From the NCBI GenBank assembly GCA_011109175.1, contig RDEW01000003.1, forward strand, positions 1,484,429 to 1,548,428: DNA of 64,000 bases. The letters run 5' to 3'. The notes under the pieces were generated by a model. That model was given only the letters and a program-made list of their open reading frames with translations, did no database searches and was not told the origin of the DNA. How positions within the stretch are numbered: the first letter of the stretch is position 1; each line of letters starts with the position of its first letter. A program made the translations under genes and the position numbers. This stretch comes from Dicyema japonicum (taxonomy: Eukaryota; Animalia; Dicyemida). Positions 11,192 through 25,162 of the stretch are shown in pieces.

Positions 11192-13050
11192 TTAAAATTT
11201 AAAAATTCTTTTCAAGAATGGATCATTAATGGATCTAATTAAAATAATCAGCATTCCTTGGAAAGTATTGAGAATACAAAATAGATAAACGAAGACAAGG
11301 CTGTTCTTAAATAAAGTTAAAAATCCGAAAATCCACGTAAAACCTAAAATACGATAGAATGTTTACCGAATGAGAAAAACAAAGAGAACAATAAAATAGT
11401 TTTCATTTTTGTTTTATTTAATGATTTTCTCTGAAAGCTAAATAAAATTCTGATGAAAACAAATGTGTTAATCAAAATCACAAAAATTATAGGAAAATAA
11501 ACAGAAACATATAATTCAGTGTTTTGTAACCAACACCTAAAAGTAATAGAAAAACAAACATTCCTGATTTTAAATGATAGGGCTTACGGTTAATGCAAAA
11601 AGCAGAAATAATGAAATAAATGGACATACTAAAATTAAAACAAAATCTATACGCCATGCTGAGATTGGAGCGATTCTTTCTAACAAATACATTCTAACTC
11701 CGAGGACTTTGACAATGATTGCATAATGGTAAATGGCTGTGACACCAAACCAACAAAAGGATGAAAGCAGAAAATAGTGAAGGATTATTCCACTTGCTAT
11801 ACAAGTTGTTGAGCTATCGAATTTTGATGATGCAAAAATGAAGGAAAAGTTCAGCATATATAGAGATATACACAACTGCAGGAAATGCATCTGAGTAATC
11901 GATTTTCTAGTTTTACTAAAAATTATGATTAAATAAAAAACCTCCAAAATATAAGTATCAAACCAATTACCAAATATTCAAAAACTGCTGAAACCAAAAG
12001 TCCTATTTTAGATATCATTGATAACGTATATATTTGTTCTTTGTCAATATATTTATTAATATCGGGATTCTTTAAGTAAATATAGGTAATACTAATAAAA
12101 TTGCAAACAATGACATGTGATTGCATTCACAGTGAATAGTTGAACCATCAATCCTTGTTTCACACCCAAATGTCGACCAGTCGTTTTTTTCTGCATCAAA
12201 GTAAACGCATAACAACGTTTGGTTTATTTCCGTTTGAGTGCTAAATGCAAAATAGGCTGATTCTCTCTGATTTTGTGAATTTATTAAGGTTGAATATATT
12301 AAATTTTCATAAATTTTGTTTTTTTTTTTTTGTATTTTTTGTATTTTTTCCCGATATAATTGATAACTTTAAATTTGTATCACCTCTATTAATATTTAAA
12401 TTTAAACCTTTAATATTTTTTATATCGACTGTAATTGTTTTTTTTCCAATGTTAAATTCACGACTGACGCTTTTACTGGTGATTCTGGCAAAATAAGAAT
12501 CAATAGCATTTTCAGAATAACAATTATCATCGTTTTTGCATGATTCCATTTTTTCATTTAAATTGGAAATTGTCAAATATTTCTAAATTCATTAAATCAA
12601 TAAATATGAATTTAAAACAATCTTCTTACTGCAAGCCCGATATTACCGGGCGCCGAACAACTGCAGAAAATGAAATATCGATTAATTTTTTTGACGCAGC
12701 TTTTTAGTGTATTAGATCCATCGTTTAGAAACTTAACGCAGTACCACTTATTGTATTTCGATCTTGTAAATTTTACTTCAACTTTTTTATTTCTATAGTT
12801 TGGATATATAAATATCGGGCTGTAAAAATTATTAAATTCATTCCTCGTCGATGATAAATATCCATGACATTTAACATCATCTTTATTATTAGTACCACTA
12901 CCATCATCTTCCACATTCTTGTTATTTATTGCATATTTATCACATCGATATATTGATCCTCTCCATCCATTATGACATTTTTTTATTTTCTCGGAACATT
13001 GTTGTATTGCACTCCCTAAATCAGATGTTACGCATTGAATCTAATATTTG
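11192..13050 (-). CDS. Adhesion GPCR (GPS motif plus secretin-type 7TM), spliced; 5' end approximate
   Basis: GPS 'WSTFGCETRIDGSTIHCECNHMSLFAIL' at ~12100-12190; TM3 LHYFLLSSFCW; TM7 YLFCILNTFQG; TAA at 11192. Confidence 0.8.
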
Positions 13051-13379
13051 ATGATAAAATTACATGAACAACTGATAGATAATTATTGAAACCTAAATGT
13101 TATCAAACATTACTGAAGATTATCAAAAGAATTTCTAAAAATAAATTTAAAGTTCATTACCAAATGCTCTCATTTTGTAATTCAATTAAGATTCTTACGC
13201 CTTATAAGAGAATTTTTCGCTTAATTTAATATTCGATTAACACTTAAAAATTTCCATTCCTGATTTTGATAATTTTCCGCTAAAATTTTACAAGTTAAGT
13301 GGGTAGAAGTTGGTACTTTGATAACTTAAATTATTTAGTACATTAAAAAATTAATATAGTGCATTAAAAACTTTTTCAC

Positions 13380-13823
13380 GGAGCAGTTAGTCAAGTGATT
13401 AATTGGTCGGAAGGTTGACCTGGTTACGTAGCTCGTACACACTATGGCATAGCTCGGTAAACATATTGTCTTTATCTCCTAACGGTTGATATATCCTCGT
13501 ATAATAATAAAGCCTTTTAATGAGAGCCATAGTATTTATAGCTCCGCATAGGCAGAACACACACTTTATTTAAGTAAAGAACAGTTAATTTTAACTAATC
13601 GTAGAACCAAGGAATGATCTTCACTTCTTTTTTTCTTTTTCTTGTGTGAGTGTCCTTTCTAGACAATCCAGTTCCGCAGTGAGTATCCACTGATGACGGC
13701 GTCACTCATCAAACCCTTTCTGCATCGTAGATGCGTGGAACCTTCCACCAGGTGAACAGAAGCGAGATTCGAACCGTAACCTAAGCCACTTAAGCCCGAC
13801 ACCTGACCACTATGCCACCCGGC
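13380..13823 (-). mobile_element. tRNA-derived SINE (SINE-B)
   Basis: Head GCCGGGTGGCATAGTGG (A box) ... GGTTCGAATC (B box); body shared with copies at 15.6, 18.5, 39.5 and 63.6 kb; 3' boundary approximate. Confidence 0.8.
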
Positions 13824-13859
13824 TCGTATCCACATTTTAATGGATTCTGGAAATGTTGG

Positions 13860-14972
13860 AACCCCGAAACTATGAAATAAAAAACACTAATGTTGATATA
13901 TTGGTTGAACTAGTGACGTGGTTTGTGAATTATTATGTCTATTTCACACATGACGAATGATCACTTTACACTGGCGTCATTCAACGTCCGAGGATTGAAA
14001 GAAAAACATAAAAAGAAAGATTTAATAAGTGAATTAACATCATATAAAGTCACTATATGCAGTATACAGGAGACTAAAGTGAAGAATGCACTTGGGGAGA
14101 ATTACGGAGAGTTTAGACTTATCCTACTAGACTCCGAATTCAACCACTACGGACTTGGCTTTGCTATACATCAATGTCTTGATGGGAGAATCCACAGAGT
14201 GTGGAGGGTGAATGACAGAATAGCAGTACTCCAGATTAAGAGTGGGAGGACTGATAATTCCTTTATATCCATAATTAATGTCTACGCGCCCACAATGGCG
14301 AGGGTTTCTACAAATCCCGATGAACTTGATCTGTTCTATATGTCACTAACAGATACCATCTCTGATCTCAAATACTCGTTTATGACCTTTCTGTGTAAAT
14401 GATTGGAATGCTAAAGTGGGACACTGTCCATGGAGAGAACCATGTATGGGTAGACATGCCAGGGAAGGAGGAATATGTCAGGAGAATCGCTCGTGCAATA
14501 ATTTTGTAACATGTTTGATTACTTCATTTGTAATTCTGCATTCGATCACAATGCGAGGTATAAGACTACGTGAACTGGACTCAGAAAGAATGGAAACGGT
14601 GATTATGTCCGGATATACAACCAGATTGATCATGTTATGTGTAAAAGATCTCTTCGTGCTTTACTAACAGACTCCCGCAACTATGGAGGCACCATCACTT
14701 ATAGTGGTCATAAACGGCTGGTTGCACGTTTCAGAATGAAAAGATATTTCGGAATAGATGGAGCTAGAAAGAAGAGAGCTTATCTGAATCGTTTTATTGT
14801 GGAAAAAATATGCTTATGTGAGAAGACGCGTGAAGATTATTGTATGGCAACTAAGAAGGAGATTGTGAACATAAATATGGAAAATCCCCCAGAGATGATT
14901 TGGAATGCTACTGTTGATGGAATTAAGATCTTAACGGAATTGGAAGAAAACTTAAATCTGCAGAAGACCTAG
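13860..14972 (+). mobile_element. RTE-like LINE 5' part (AP endonuclease), disrupted
   Basis: LASFNVRGL, SIQETK, IINVYAPT, DYVM/SGHKRLVARF motifs across three frames. Confidence 0.75.
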
Positions 14973-15487
14973 AAAATCTAAGGACAGATGCTCAAAGAAG
15001 AGGGCGATGGAGACGCCTAGTGAAGCAGATTTTGAAACGTGTGACACAAACGGGACCTTATTTAACATAACGTTCTTTGGTTCTGTGAAAGTGCTTTTAA
15101 TAATAATAATAATGTTGATGTTCGAAGGACAATCTTGAAGAGTAACAGGGGAATTATAAGGTTTCCCGACCATTAACGTCACTTTCCCGACCGATAGCGT
15201 TATTTTCTAATTATTAACATTGAGATATTGGTAAACATATTTTTGGATAAAAAGACATAAAAAACACAAAGATTTAATCTTAAAAACTATAATGAGGTCG
15301 GATTTTCAGTATCCTAAAGACTAAGAGCTATTTCAGGATCCTCTACCTATATTCCTGTAGGGGCCATCAGAACCAGAAATTGCATCAATTACTAATCTCG
15401 GTCATTGCACGAATTTTTCTAGAATCCTTAAAAAAATCTTTGTTATTAAGAGTGAATGAAGACCCGATATCTTTGATAAATATCTGA

Positions 15488-15545
15488 TAGCCGCGTGGCG
15501 CCATGTGGTGCTTCGTGGCTAATTGATTGAAGTTTCTGTTTTGTT
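15488..15545 (+). repeat. Isolated SINE-A 5' head
   Basis: TAGCCGCGTGGCGCCATGTGGTGCTTCGTGGCTAATTGATTGAAGTTTCTG matches the start of SINE-A. Confidence 0.75.
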
Positions 15546-15604
15546 CACGCTAATGGTCGAGAAACCCTATATCAGTTATAACTCATAAAATAATAATATA
15601 ATAA

Positions 15605-15843
15605 TTAACCACTACCACATAACCAAGGAATGCTCTTCACTTCTTTGTTTTTTTCTTTTTCTTGTGTGTATGTCCTTTTGATTATCCAGTTCCGCAGTGA
15701 ATCTCCACTGATGACGGCGTCACTCGTCAATCCCTTTCCGCATCGTAGATGCGTGGAACCTTCCACCAGGTGAACAGCAGAGAGAATCGAACCCATAACC
15801 TAAGCCACTTTAGCCCGACACTTAACCACTAATCCACCCGGCT
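15605..15843 (-). mobile_element. SINE-B copy
   Basis: High identity to 13600-13823 including the B box (GGTTCGATTC). Confidence 0.8.
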
Positions 15844-16399
15844 TATAACTCGAATGTTAATAATAAATAAAGTCGACAGCCAATAAAGGGAATTTTGTTT
15901 GTTATTGTTTTGTTTACTCGATTTTTGCAGGATTTTTTGATATACATGAATGAAGTTTTATCCAGATTTATAGCTCGATCGAAGTGGATGATCCATGAAT
16001 CCGAATTAGTTTGTATCTTGAAATATCCAGAGAGAGTCTGGTATCTGGTAATTTGAGGTGGGGACGTCCACACAATTTCTGTATAACATCATGATGGATG
16101 AAAGCCTATGTCGTTTTTCTTCTTGAGGAGATGGAATGGTGACGTATGCGGGAAATATCGGAAAACAGAAATTCAGATGAAGAAAATGTCCGATGCACGT
16201 AGAATCCATACCTCCGCACATGTAGTACACATTTTATTCTCGGAAAAGTGAATGAATTTACCTTCTGGGAATTTGGTAGACGTCTTCGGGTTTTAATTAT
16301 TCTTCACGTCCACTAAAAACGTTCACAAATAATTTACTCGTCGACCCCTTGACTTTTTTTTCGATTCCCCTAATATTTAATCGACCCCTTAAAGCTTTT

Positions 16400-17690
16400 T
16401 TATTTAGAACAGACAATTCTAAGTAAAATTTGTTAACTATCTAAAATGAATTCATTGTAATAATCAAATCAAACAAAAAAAAGTATATACTCGATGTTAA
16501 GTTGGTACAAAGATTCATTATCTGGCTCTATTTGTTTTATTTTTAAACGAATATCTCCTCAAATGGAGACATCCAATCTGTTTCGTTCTTTATTTACAAT
16601 TCGATGTAGAATGCTAAATCCGCATTCACACAATATGATGTCGGAAAATAGAGTAGCATTTGTGCTATTTCTGTCCACTTAATTTTTGTTTATGGTTTCA
16701 ATAACTATATTTAACGTTTCATGTAGAATTGGTGAAAGAGCTTTTGAAACCAAATGTTGTATATGTAGGACGCAATGTATATAAATCACATTTGGACATA
16801 TTTTTTTTCAAATATGCCGCAAATCCTTTATATTTTCTAACCATAGACGCTGCACCATCTGTGACACAAGAAACCAAAATTTTCATATGGAATTTTCCTT
16901 CATCCAAAAATAATTTGACTACGGAAAAAATAGAAAATCCAGTCGTATCAGTTTCAAAATATTTGACGAATAATAAATCTTCTGTAAGAAGAGCATGATC
17001 GTCAAATTATCTTAAAGGGTAAGCTTCTAATAATATAAACCTGACAAATCCCATTAGAATTGATTGGTTGTCACACATATGACTTTCGTCAATTTGAAGC
17101 GAAAAAATAGTATTTTTAAGCCTTCACAAATATGTTCAACATAATCTGACATTTCGTTAATCCTGCAGAGAATTGAATCATTGCTAATTGGTACGGATTT
17201 TAAAATTTTGTCGGGTACTACAGCTATTTCAGGTCCACCACATATACATCAGCAGCCCAACCACCCGACCAATTTTTGGACAAATCTTATCAAAGTTATA
17301 TAAAACTAGAATCATCTAACTACATAGTCAATTCTCCCTATTCTTGAAAAAATCATTCCTTTAACTTTTTCAAGAAATATCATTTATTTTATCAAAAATA
17401 GCTTGTCTGTTGTTTTACTGGTAGATGTCATTAGAAAAAATCAAATTACTTCCCGTTTCAAATCTCGTTGCTGTCCATTCCGACTGTTTGTTCTACCTAT
17501 TTACAATGTTTCTTGGTTTTACGAGTGATGTCGCCATTAATGATACCTCATTGGGAACCGGAGTGTCTACAAGGACCCACCAAAGAAAAAATGTTAACAA
17601 CATTCATTTGCCTTTTAAAAACGATTGGCTAACTAACAAAACTGTCCTTTAGTTTAAAATAAAGTGTGTTTCATGCATACATATAATTCA
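16400..17690 (-). mobile_element. hAT (Buster/Charlie-like) transposase remnant
   Basis: FSLQIDES, GFVRF, LLFVKYFETDTTG and SCVTDGAASMV motifs in broken frames. Confidence 0.7.
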
Positions 17691-17722
17691 CCCCTTCCTA
17701 GTAACATCAGCATTCCTTAGAC

Positions 17723-18430
17723 CAGTGGTTCTCAACCTTTTTTTGGTCGCGGACCCCTTGTGATTGAATAAAAAAATTCGCGGACCCCCAAAATTTTTTT
17801 ACAAGTTTTTTGTCAAAATTATTACTTTTCTAATAATACAATTTATTATTAATAAGGAAATAAAATTAATGAGAAGGTTGATGTTATTTGAGGCAATTTT
17901 TCAATTTGAGGCTCGGTTGTCGACAAACATACTCTGATGTCATCCTAAATATTCAATATAGTACGATGATTATTTTTTATATTGAGAAGTGCTGAAAAGC
18001 CATGTTCGCATAAATACGTTGTCGTAAAATAAGCAAAAAATTTAATGCATTTTGCGCTTACTGAGGGATAATAATAACACATTTCGCACCAAAATCTTGA
18101 CAAAGGAAGATTTTTTTAAAACTAAAAATTATATTTTAACGAAACAACGAGTCACAAGTAATTAATTAATTTAGCTAATCTCCTCTTCTTGGGGCCAACG
18201 TCAATTGTCAGTATAGGTGTGTTTTCGTTGTCGCACAACCCACATTCCGAGACTCCCCTAGGTCGACATTCCTTATCAGCTTCCTCCTCATCAGGTATCG
18301 ATACTCCATGTCTATCAAAGGAAGATTATTATGATTTAATTATATATTAATTTGAAATTATTATTATTAAAAAATAAACTTTAAATAAAGGTTCAGAAGT
18401 TTCTCGCGGACCCGAGGTTGAAAACCACTG
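17723..18430. mobile_element. hAT MITE
   Basis: TIR CAGTGGTTCTCAACC / GGTTGAAAACCACTG; 8-bp TSD CCTTAGAC on both sides. Confidence 0.92.
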
Positions 18431-18479
18431 CCTTAGACGGAAATCAGACTTTATTTAATTAGAAAACAATACTGGTAAT

Positions 18480-18640
18480 TAATCCAAGACATCGAGAGTG
18501 TTCTTAACTTCTTGTTCTTTTCTTTTTTTTGCTTGTATGTGAGTTCCTGAGACAATCCAGTTCCCCAGTGATGAATCACAGATGACGGCGATCGTTGCGG
18601 AACGAACGAAATGGATAGCAGCGAGATTCAAGCTCTGTAT
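18480..18640 (-). repeat. SINE-B partial divergent copy
   Basis: GACAATCCAGTTCC...GATGACGGCG body segment shared with SINE-B. Confidence 0.6.
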
Positions 18641-18836
18641 CATCGGGATTTTGTCCGGCACTTATTACACTGCGCCATCTAGTCTTCCTGTGTAGCTATA
18701 ATTTGGCTCCGCGAGGGTTCTACTTTTACTGGTAGTGACAACAGAATCAGGCTTAAGAACTTACAATTTTTTATTAACAAATTGAATTGAACAAATAACC
18801 TTTATGGTATAAACATTGAATACAAAACACTATGAG

Positions 18837-21800
18837 TTAGTCAATGAAGTGGAAAGACCCTCAATCTATGACATTAAAACAATATTTTATACATGAGGAT
18901 GCACAAGTGAGACCGAAATGTGCCTTCTAAGCATGTAGGACTCATCCACATACAGGTGAACAGTCACCTTATCAGATATGCACAATGAAACAGATTCTAT
19001 GCTCAGTTTTAGATTCTTTAATAATCAAAAAGTAAACCTCCTCGTCAAAAGAAAATCTATCAACATGAGAATCTGGAATAATAATCGACGTTTCTATTCT
19101 ATACTGAGGCACGACGACATCAATAGCATTCCTTCTCAGTCCAATGACATATGCAGGAAGAACACGTGGCTTCCCTTTAAACGTCAACTGTAAATGATTA
19201 ACAAGACTATACAATTGAGAACAAATTAAATGACGCCCTCCCAGCATCTCTGGCCATTTTAGTCCTGTAATTCAGATGTCTGCACGTTTCCTAGGAAATA
19301 CAACTAAACAGATACATTTGTTTCCCGTTTGTCCAGCAATTCAGGGTACGATTTTTCAACCCCAATGGAGACAGCGAGAAATCTATGCACCATAATATCC
19401 GCGTATCTCCTTATTGGAGAAGTAAAGTGAGTGTAGACAGGGACTGCCAAACCGTAGTGAAAATAATCCTGAGGCAAAGTACAACCAGCACAGCAGTACT
19501 GAGCCTGCATGAAACATCTGGATGTAATCAGACGTAACAGAGTGTTAAAGTAGGGATTGTCCTCGACAATAGCATTATCCAACGACTGAGATAAACTGAG
19601 TCCAGAACTACAGTCAATAGTAATTCCCTAAAATAATAAATTAGTAAACTTTAAGTGAGGCGATTTTCTTAAGGGGGTCGAAATTACTCATTGGGGGTTC
19701 ACGGTGATTTCTGACGACGGCATACTCCGGAAAATCCTTTACTATTCTCGTGGCAACCGAAATATTAGCGAGAAGCATAAATTCCTCAATCATTGAGTTT
19801 GTCTCACTAGAGAACTCTGAGAGGCAGAATACAGTAATTTTTTAGTGATAACTTCTATTGGGTCGTTGTTGTCTTGATCCATTTCAATGAGACAATCCAT
19901 TGAAGCCAATGCTATAGACCTAAGCACGTGGTTAACTACATGCTACCCGTTACTCATTCGCCTCTTCCTTAGAATTTTAGCCAGTTGGTTCAATTTACGC
20001 AGACTTAGTGAGATTGGATCATTTTTCTGTTCATCATCAATCATAATCTGAGCAGCATTGTAGGTCAACGACATCTTGAATTTGTCAAAGTATGCATACC
20101 TTTGAGGATATTATACTTTTACAGAATGAAGTATCTACCACATTAGCATCACTATCCAAAGTCACAAATACTGAAAAAGCAAGGCTGTCAAATATAATGA
20201 ACTACAAACCGTTCCTGATTTGACTTGAGGGAGCAGAGGTGACTGCTCAAAGAGGCAGGGATCATGTCGATTCTCTATGGCTTACAACAAAAGACAACCT
20301 TATCAACCAAATATACAGTAGTAGCTCTGTCAGATGCGAATTTATCGAGGGCTGAGCCTGGACGGACAAAATAAGTGACATCTGCGATATGGATACCCAC
20401 CTGTCGTAAATTAACCTCAAATACCTCAAATAGATCCCCTGGAAGTGGTCGACAATGAAGAGCATCGTCTATGTCAGTACAACCAGGAGGATCCACACTA
20501 TATATATTATAGCTAGTCAGATCTACTCTTCTCTTTCGTTCCTACAGAATATTGGCAAATCTCACATCATCAGGAATACGCCAATCCTCGGGAGGCAAGC
20601 AGTCCAAAACAACACGGGGAAATTCGTCGTGGGGAATTCCATAATTAATCAGAGTGGCCTCAGTTTCAGTCTCTCTTTCCCCAGAAGGACCAATCACACT
20701 AACCAAATGTCCCTGAAATAGTCAAAACTTCAAACATTGGGATAATAAGAATCACGTCGCCAGCAATCAATGGCAACAACAATCTTCTGGTCTGCCAATC
20801 TTCCAAATTGCCTCGTTTCTATCATAATCTTGGGGTACTTTCTGTTCAGAGGAACCACAAGATGTTTGAGTCTCTATTATGATTAAACTAAAATAAACTT
20901 TATCTGTCTCTTCAACTGGTTGCAAAACACCACAAAAATTGAGGACACGACGTTGAATGATTCCCACTACTTTCCCAGTTCTCAGAACAGCAAAGTCAAC
21001 GTTGGTTACATCACAGTCCACATTCGATTGAATATCTTCTTCCAACCTGTCCTCCTTCAGTGGAGCAGACCATTGACACTCCTCGTTAATCTCAACGGCC
21101 ACTAAATCTCCGTCAATTGCTCTGTTCATGTTCTCTAAGCCACTAATGGAATCTAAAGCTCACCTTAATACGATACCTTAGCAGAGTCCTCCTCCTCATT
21201 CAGCAAAACGAATCCCTCCAAGTAATTTCGCAAGTTTCTGTGGAATGTCCCCTGTATATATTTCAAACTCTTAAATCCCTGTTTCAATTCACTCAAGGAA
21301 AGATGTGGGGGGTAAATGACTTTATTATTCTAAGAGTAAAAATAACAAGATCACTTCACTCATGGTAACTTCGATGCTGATTTTGTCCCTCAGGGGTTCC
21401 AGTCCAGGAGTACTTCGATTAATTCATGAACTTAAGATAACAGCAACGGAAACCAGTCATACAACTCAAATATAAAGATTTTCCAAGTTCCAGAGAATCT
21501 TGTTGGCGAGTGATTAGAGATACGGTGTATATTTTCAAGATGATTGGTGTACCACGTGAGAACATCCCTTACTATGGTCACATTTAGCACATCGGAGTCG
21601 GTGTAGTCTAACTTTGGGTCAAATGTCTCACTTAAATACAATTCCTATAAAAACCTGAAAAACTCGTTCATAAAAATATAGAAATTCCTGTCAGAGTTGG
21701 TGATAATGTTCATTAGACGTCGATACAACGAGAGACTCTGTCTCTTAACCTACAAAATAATTCAACACAAACATGGTTGACGACTGACTGCGGAATTATT

Positions 21801-22093
21801 ATATTGAAAATAGCTTTATCGTCTAAAAAATCAATCTAGAAATAAATCTCGCATCTTGCCTGCTCGAGGACCACATCAGAAGCCACAATGAGGCATCGGT
21901 CTCCATTTTGAAGACGCAGCGGGGTGACTCTCTGATTGATACATTTTAAACATCGGTCGATTCCACAACCGACGTTGTTGCGAGTGTAATGTTCCCGAAC
22001 TGACTTGATTATATTTCCCTGTTTTGTCTTTTTAAAATAGCATTTGTTGTGCTTGACTACATTCAAAATAAATCAACCACCTAGAACATCCAT
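18837..22093 (-). CDS. DIS3: Exosome catalytic subunit DIS3/RRP44 (PIN, CSD, RNB, S1), many tiny introns
   Basis: [18 protein letters not shown]; [12 protein letters not shown]; [13 protein letters not shown]; [21 protein letters not shown]; ATG at 22093, TAA at 18837. Not every internal intron was traced. Confidence 0.93.
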
Positions 22094-22249
22094 GCGCTTT
22101 TTTAAGTTTAAATGTTTGAATTTAAATTTAGCTAAATCATTTTATTGGTTAAATAAATAATTTTTGAATTAACTTGCATTTAGTACAAAACTTTGGTAAT
22201 ATCCTAAGCGGCCCATTTAAATTCAATGAAATTATTCTAAGGACTTTGC

Positions 22250-22560
22250 CGTGTGGTGCTGCGTGGCTAATTGATTTAAGTTTTTATGTCTGTTCGTCTG
22301 TTCCTCCTCTCTCTTTCTATTAGAGTGGCGTCATGTGATCCACCTGTCCAGGTGGCGCCCAGTGCCAGGCCGGCACGAAAAAGGATCATTTGCTCTCCCC
22401 CAATCTACTGGAGGGGTTTCCACAACTGCAAGTATGGACGTCATTTTCCTTTTATGCTGATTCCTGATGGACTCTGTTTCTGTAGAAGTGTAAACTGGAT
22501 ACACTTAATTAGTTGTTTAATTTAACTTTTTTCTCGGTGTATCCGGGGTTAATAATTTAA
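22250..22560 (+). mobile_element. SINE-A copy (slightly 5'-truncated); pseudoknot at 22327-22388
   Basis: High identity to 7218-7561; 3' stem GGATACAC/GTGTATCC. Confidence 0.88.
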
Positions 22561-23075
22561 TTTAAAGACCATGGGTAAAACCAACCATACTAATCCTGAG
22601 ATTTTGAGTCGTTCCAGTAGAGCCCTTATTTATGCACAATGATCCAAGGACATTGTTCGGGATGCTGATATTGATACAGCAACTCGTCGCAAAGGATCGA
22701 AATAGTCTCCAACTCTTCTTTATGTTCTTTCTCCGACCAACGCACTTTCTATACACTCGGGGAACATTTTAATGCTTCGAGGATATCATTTGGACGACCG
22801 TTTCCTTCAAAAGGATCTCGAATGGTGTTGATCACAACAGGGTAGTCAAGAAAAGCTTTAGGGTTTTTATAACTGTCACTTGGAAGTCGTCGATCTTTTT
22901 TAGGTTTGTTTTAGATAGGCCTGTACCCCATGCAGCGCATCCATAGCTGATCTTTGGTTGCATGTACTGGGTGTAGAGTGATTTTATCGATAAGTAGAAA
23001 CAACTTCCATAGTGTCCCAGGAGATATTCTTCCACCTCATCGTTTGTGGATGTCGACGATGTGAACATCTTTATT
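22561..23075 (-). mobile_element. Ingi/Vingi-like LINE 3' fragment
   Basis: YTQYMQPKISYGCAAWGTGLSKTNLKKIDDFQ, homologous to 32600-32710. Confidence 0.75.
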
Positions 23076-23149
23076 GCATCAGAAAACTTGTTCGATGGTT
23101 AATTTCAATGTTATATCAGTAAACTGGAATTTCATCAGCCTTATGAGTT

Positions 23150-23760
23150 ACTGGGGTCGATGACTTACTCTCAAACAACAAAATTAAGAGGCAATATAAT
23201 GTAAAGAAACTATTTATAGTCATAGGTTGTCAATAAGAACACTGGAATTGTTTGGGGAAACTTTCGTGAAACTTGTGAAATTTGGCTCGAGTAGAACCCC
23301 TAGCTATTTGGTGGTCTCGCCCCTTTTGCACTATATTTGTTTCCAAAAAAATATTTATTAAAATTTCCTGATACAACGAGAAAAAAGAGTAGTAAACTAA
23401 ATTGGTAATCCCGGTTCTCATGCTCTGACTCTTGCGGTCCTCTATCGGAGTCGTCGTTTTTTCAGAAAAGTTTTAGTTTGTAGTGGAAAGTTAATTCTTA
23501 TCAAGACTGAGCGACCTTCCGTGATTGTGTTATCAATTGTTCGATGAGATCGTCTGTTCTACGTTTCTCAACATGGTCTCTGTGGATTCCCAGAAGTTTT
23601 ACTCTTATGGTGGTGATATCTGTCATTTATTAAAGTATTTATTAACTGTGGATACACCGAAAATAGATTTATGTTAGCGCTAATCAAGCGTATTCATTAC
23701 CCATGTTCGCAGAAGCAGTGAGACTTTCCATTATCACATTCATATCCATCCTGGAAATGG
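23150..23760 (-). mobile_element. CRE-like retroelement fragment
   Basis: ATGAGAACCGGGATTACCAATT resembles 48996-49020 of the CRE-like element. Confidence 0.35.
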
Positions 23761-23999
23761 AAAAAAGCACCCAGTCATGCAGTTATGGAAACCTTTCAAG
23801 TGGAGTGGAGAAGAAAATATCTTTTTCCTCCCATACCCTATAATGTAATTTTATCTTTAAGGCAGATTTGTGCATGATGCAGATGAAAAAGATAAGCATA
23901 AAACAATTTAAGAGAATTTTAAGCTAAAAATTATATTGCCACAACTACAACTCACATAATCAGTAATCAGGAGGACAAATTTGGATCTCCATCCTCTTT

Positions 24000-24490
24000 G
24001 TTACATGCTCTTTATAGCTAGAGACTGGAATTCCAAAGTGGGGAAAAAGCGGGACGAATTAAATTGCCTGGGCAGCCACGCTTGAGGGATCAGAAATCTG
24101 TCCGGGAAGGCTCATATACACTTGTGCGAGTCATTTGAACTGTTCCTTTGTAACACGGCGTTCCGACATGCAGAGCGACATATTACGATGTGGACAGGGA
24201 AGAGGAGAGACTCTTGTGGAAATCGTGTCCATGTATTTAACCAAATCGACTACATACTATGCAGGCAAACACAGAGGGAGCTACTTACGGACTCCCGTAC
24301 GTATAGTGCCATGATGACTTAGAGTGATCACAGACTACTGGTGACATGTCTCATTCTAAAATATCGAAACTGCTGGAAAATGTCCACTCGAATGTGTCAC
24401 CCGGGCTGCAATGAGATGCATGGCAAAAGTGGAACCTCAAATTAATAAACTTTACTGATTCCGCGGACATTGCTATTAATAATAATTTTA
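24000..24490 (+). mobile_element. Internally deleted RTE-like element (endonuclease end joined to 3' UTR)
   Basis: NQIDYILCRQ...TDSRTY...SDHRLLV followed within ~60 nt by GAGATGCATGGCAA...GGACATTGCTATTAATAATAAT. Confidence 0.6.
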
Positions 24491-25162
24491 TAGCAAACAG
24501 TTGCCCTACTCATTACCGATTAATCTGATTACAATGTGAGAAGTTGAAAAAAACAAGAAAACATATACGTTTGCCGTTGAAGATTTTTAGTTTTATTAAA
24601 AATTAAAAAAATCATAAAATAAATTTTCAGATTAAAACTTAAGGATCCCCAAGAAAATTGACTGAAAATGAGTGTATAGTCTATACATCACAAACTTTGC
24701 ACCTCCTTTATCCCTCAATGGGGATTTAAGTCCCCCCCCCCACACACTCTGTTAAGTTATTTCGAATCACGTGCGACCCCTTCATTCAGTGAAGACGTTA
24801 ATAACACAATTTCCTCGTCCCAACAAATTATTACCATATTTGATTTAATAACCCAGGAAACACAAGAAGGAAGATGAGCAATCTGACCCTGGTATCTATA
24901 ACTATCACGGTCAGTTTTCGAATCCTGGATTAATCTCCACAAATGGGAAGGTTTTTTTTTGTATCCAGGGCAGGCTCCCAGATACAGTCTGACTTGAGGC
25001 CCGAGGGATGCTCATGAGAGTGACCATTTTGAGATTGTCATATTTAAAATCTGATTGACAAAAATAATAATTCAATATAACAAACGTTGCATAGCCAGAA
25101 TGAAAAAATTATAATAAAAACTAAAATAAACAGAACCCAATGAAATTGACAGAAAAAAGCAA

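Noticed and set aside
13688-13715. CTGATGA in SINE-B (also 15.7 kb) as a hammerhead core
   Set aside because: No stem II-GAAA-stem III follows, and it lies antisense to the SINE; other CTGATGA hits are inside coding sequence or lack the fold.
22286-22525. 79-82-aa ORFs in SINE-A copies (also 42797-43045)
   Set aside because: Starts and frames differ between copies; best explained as leader remnants.
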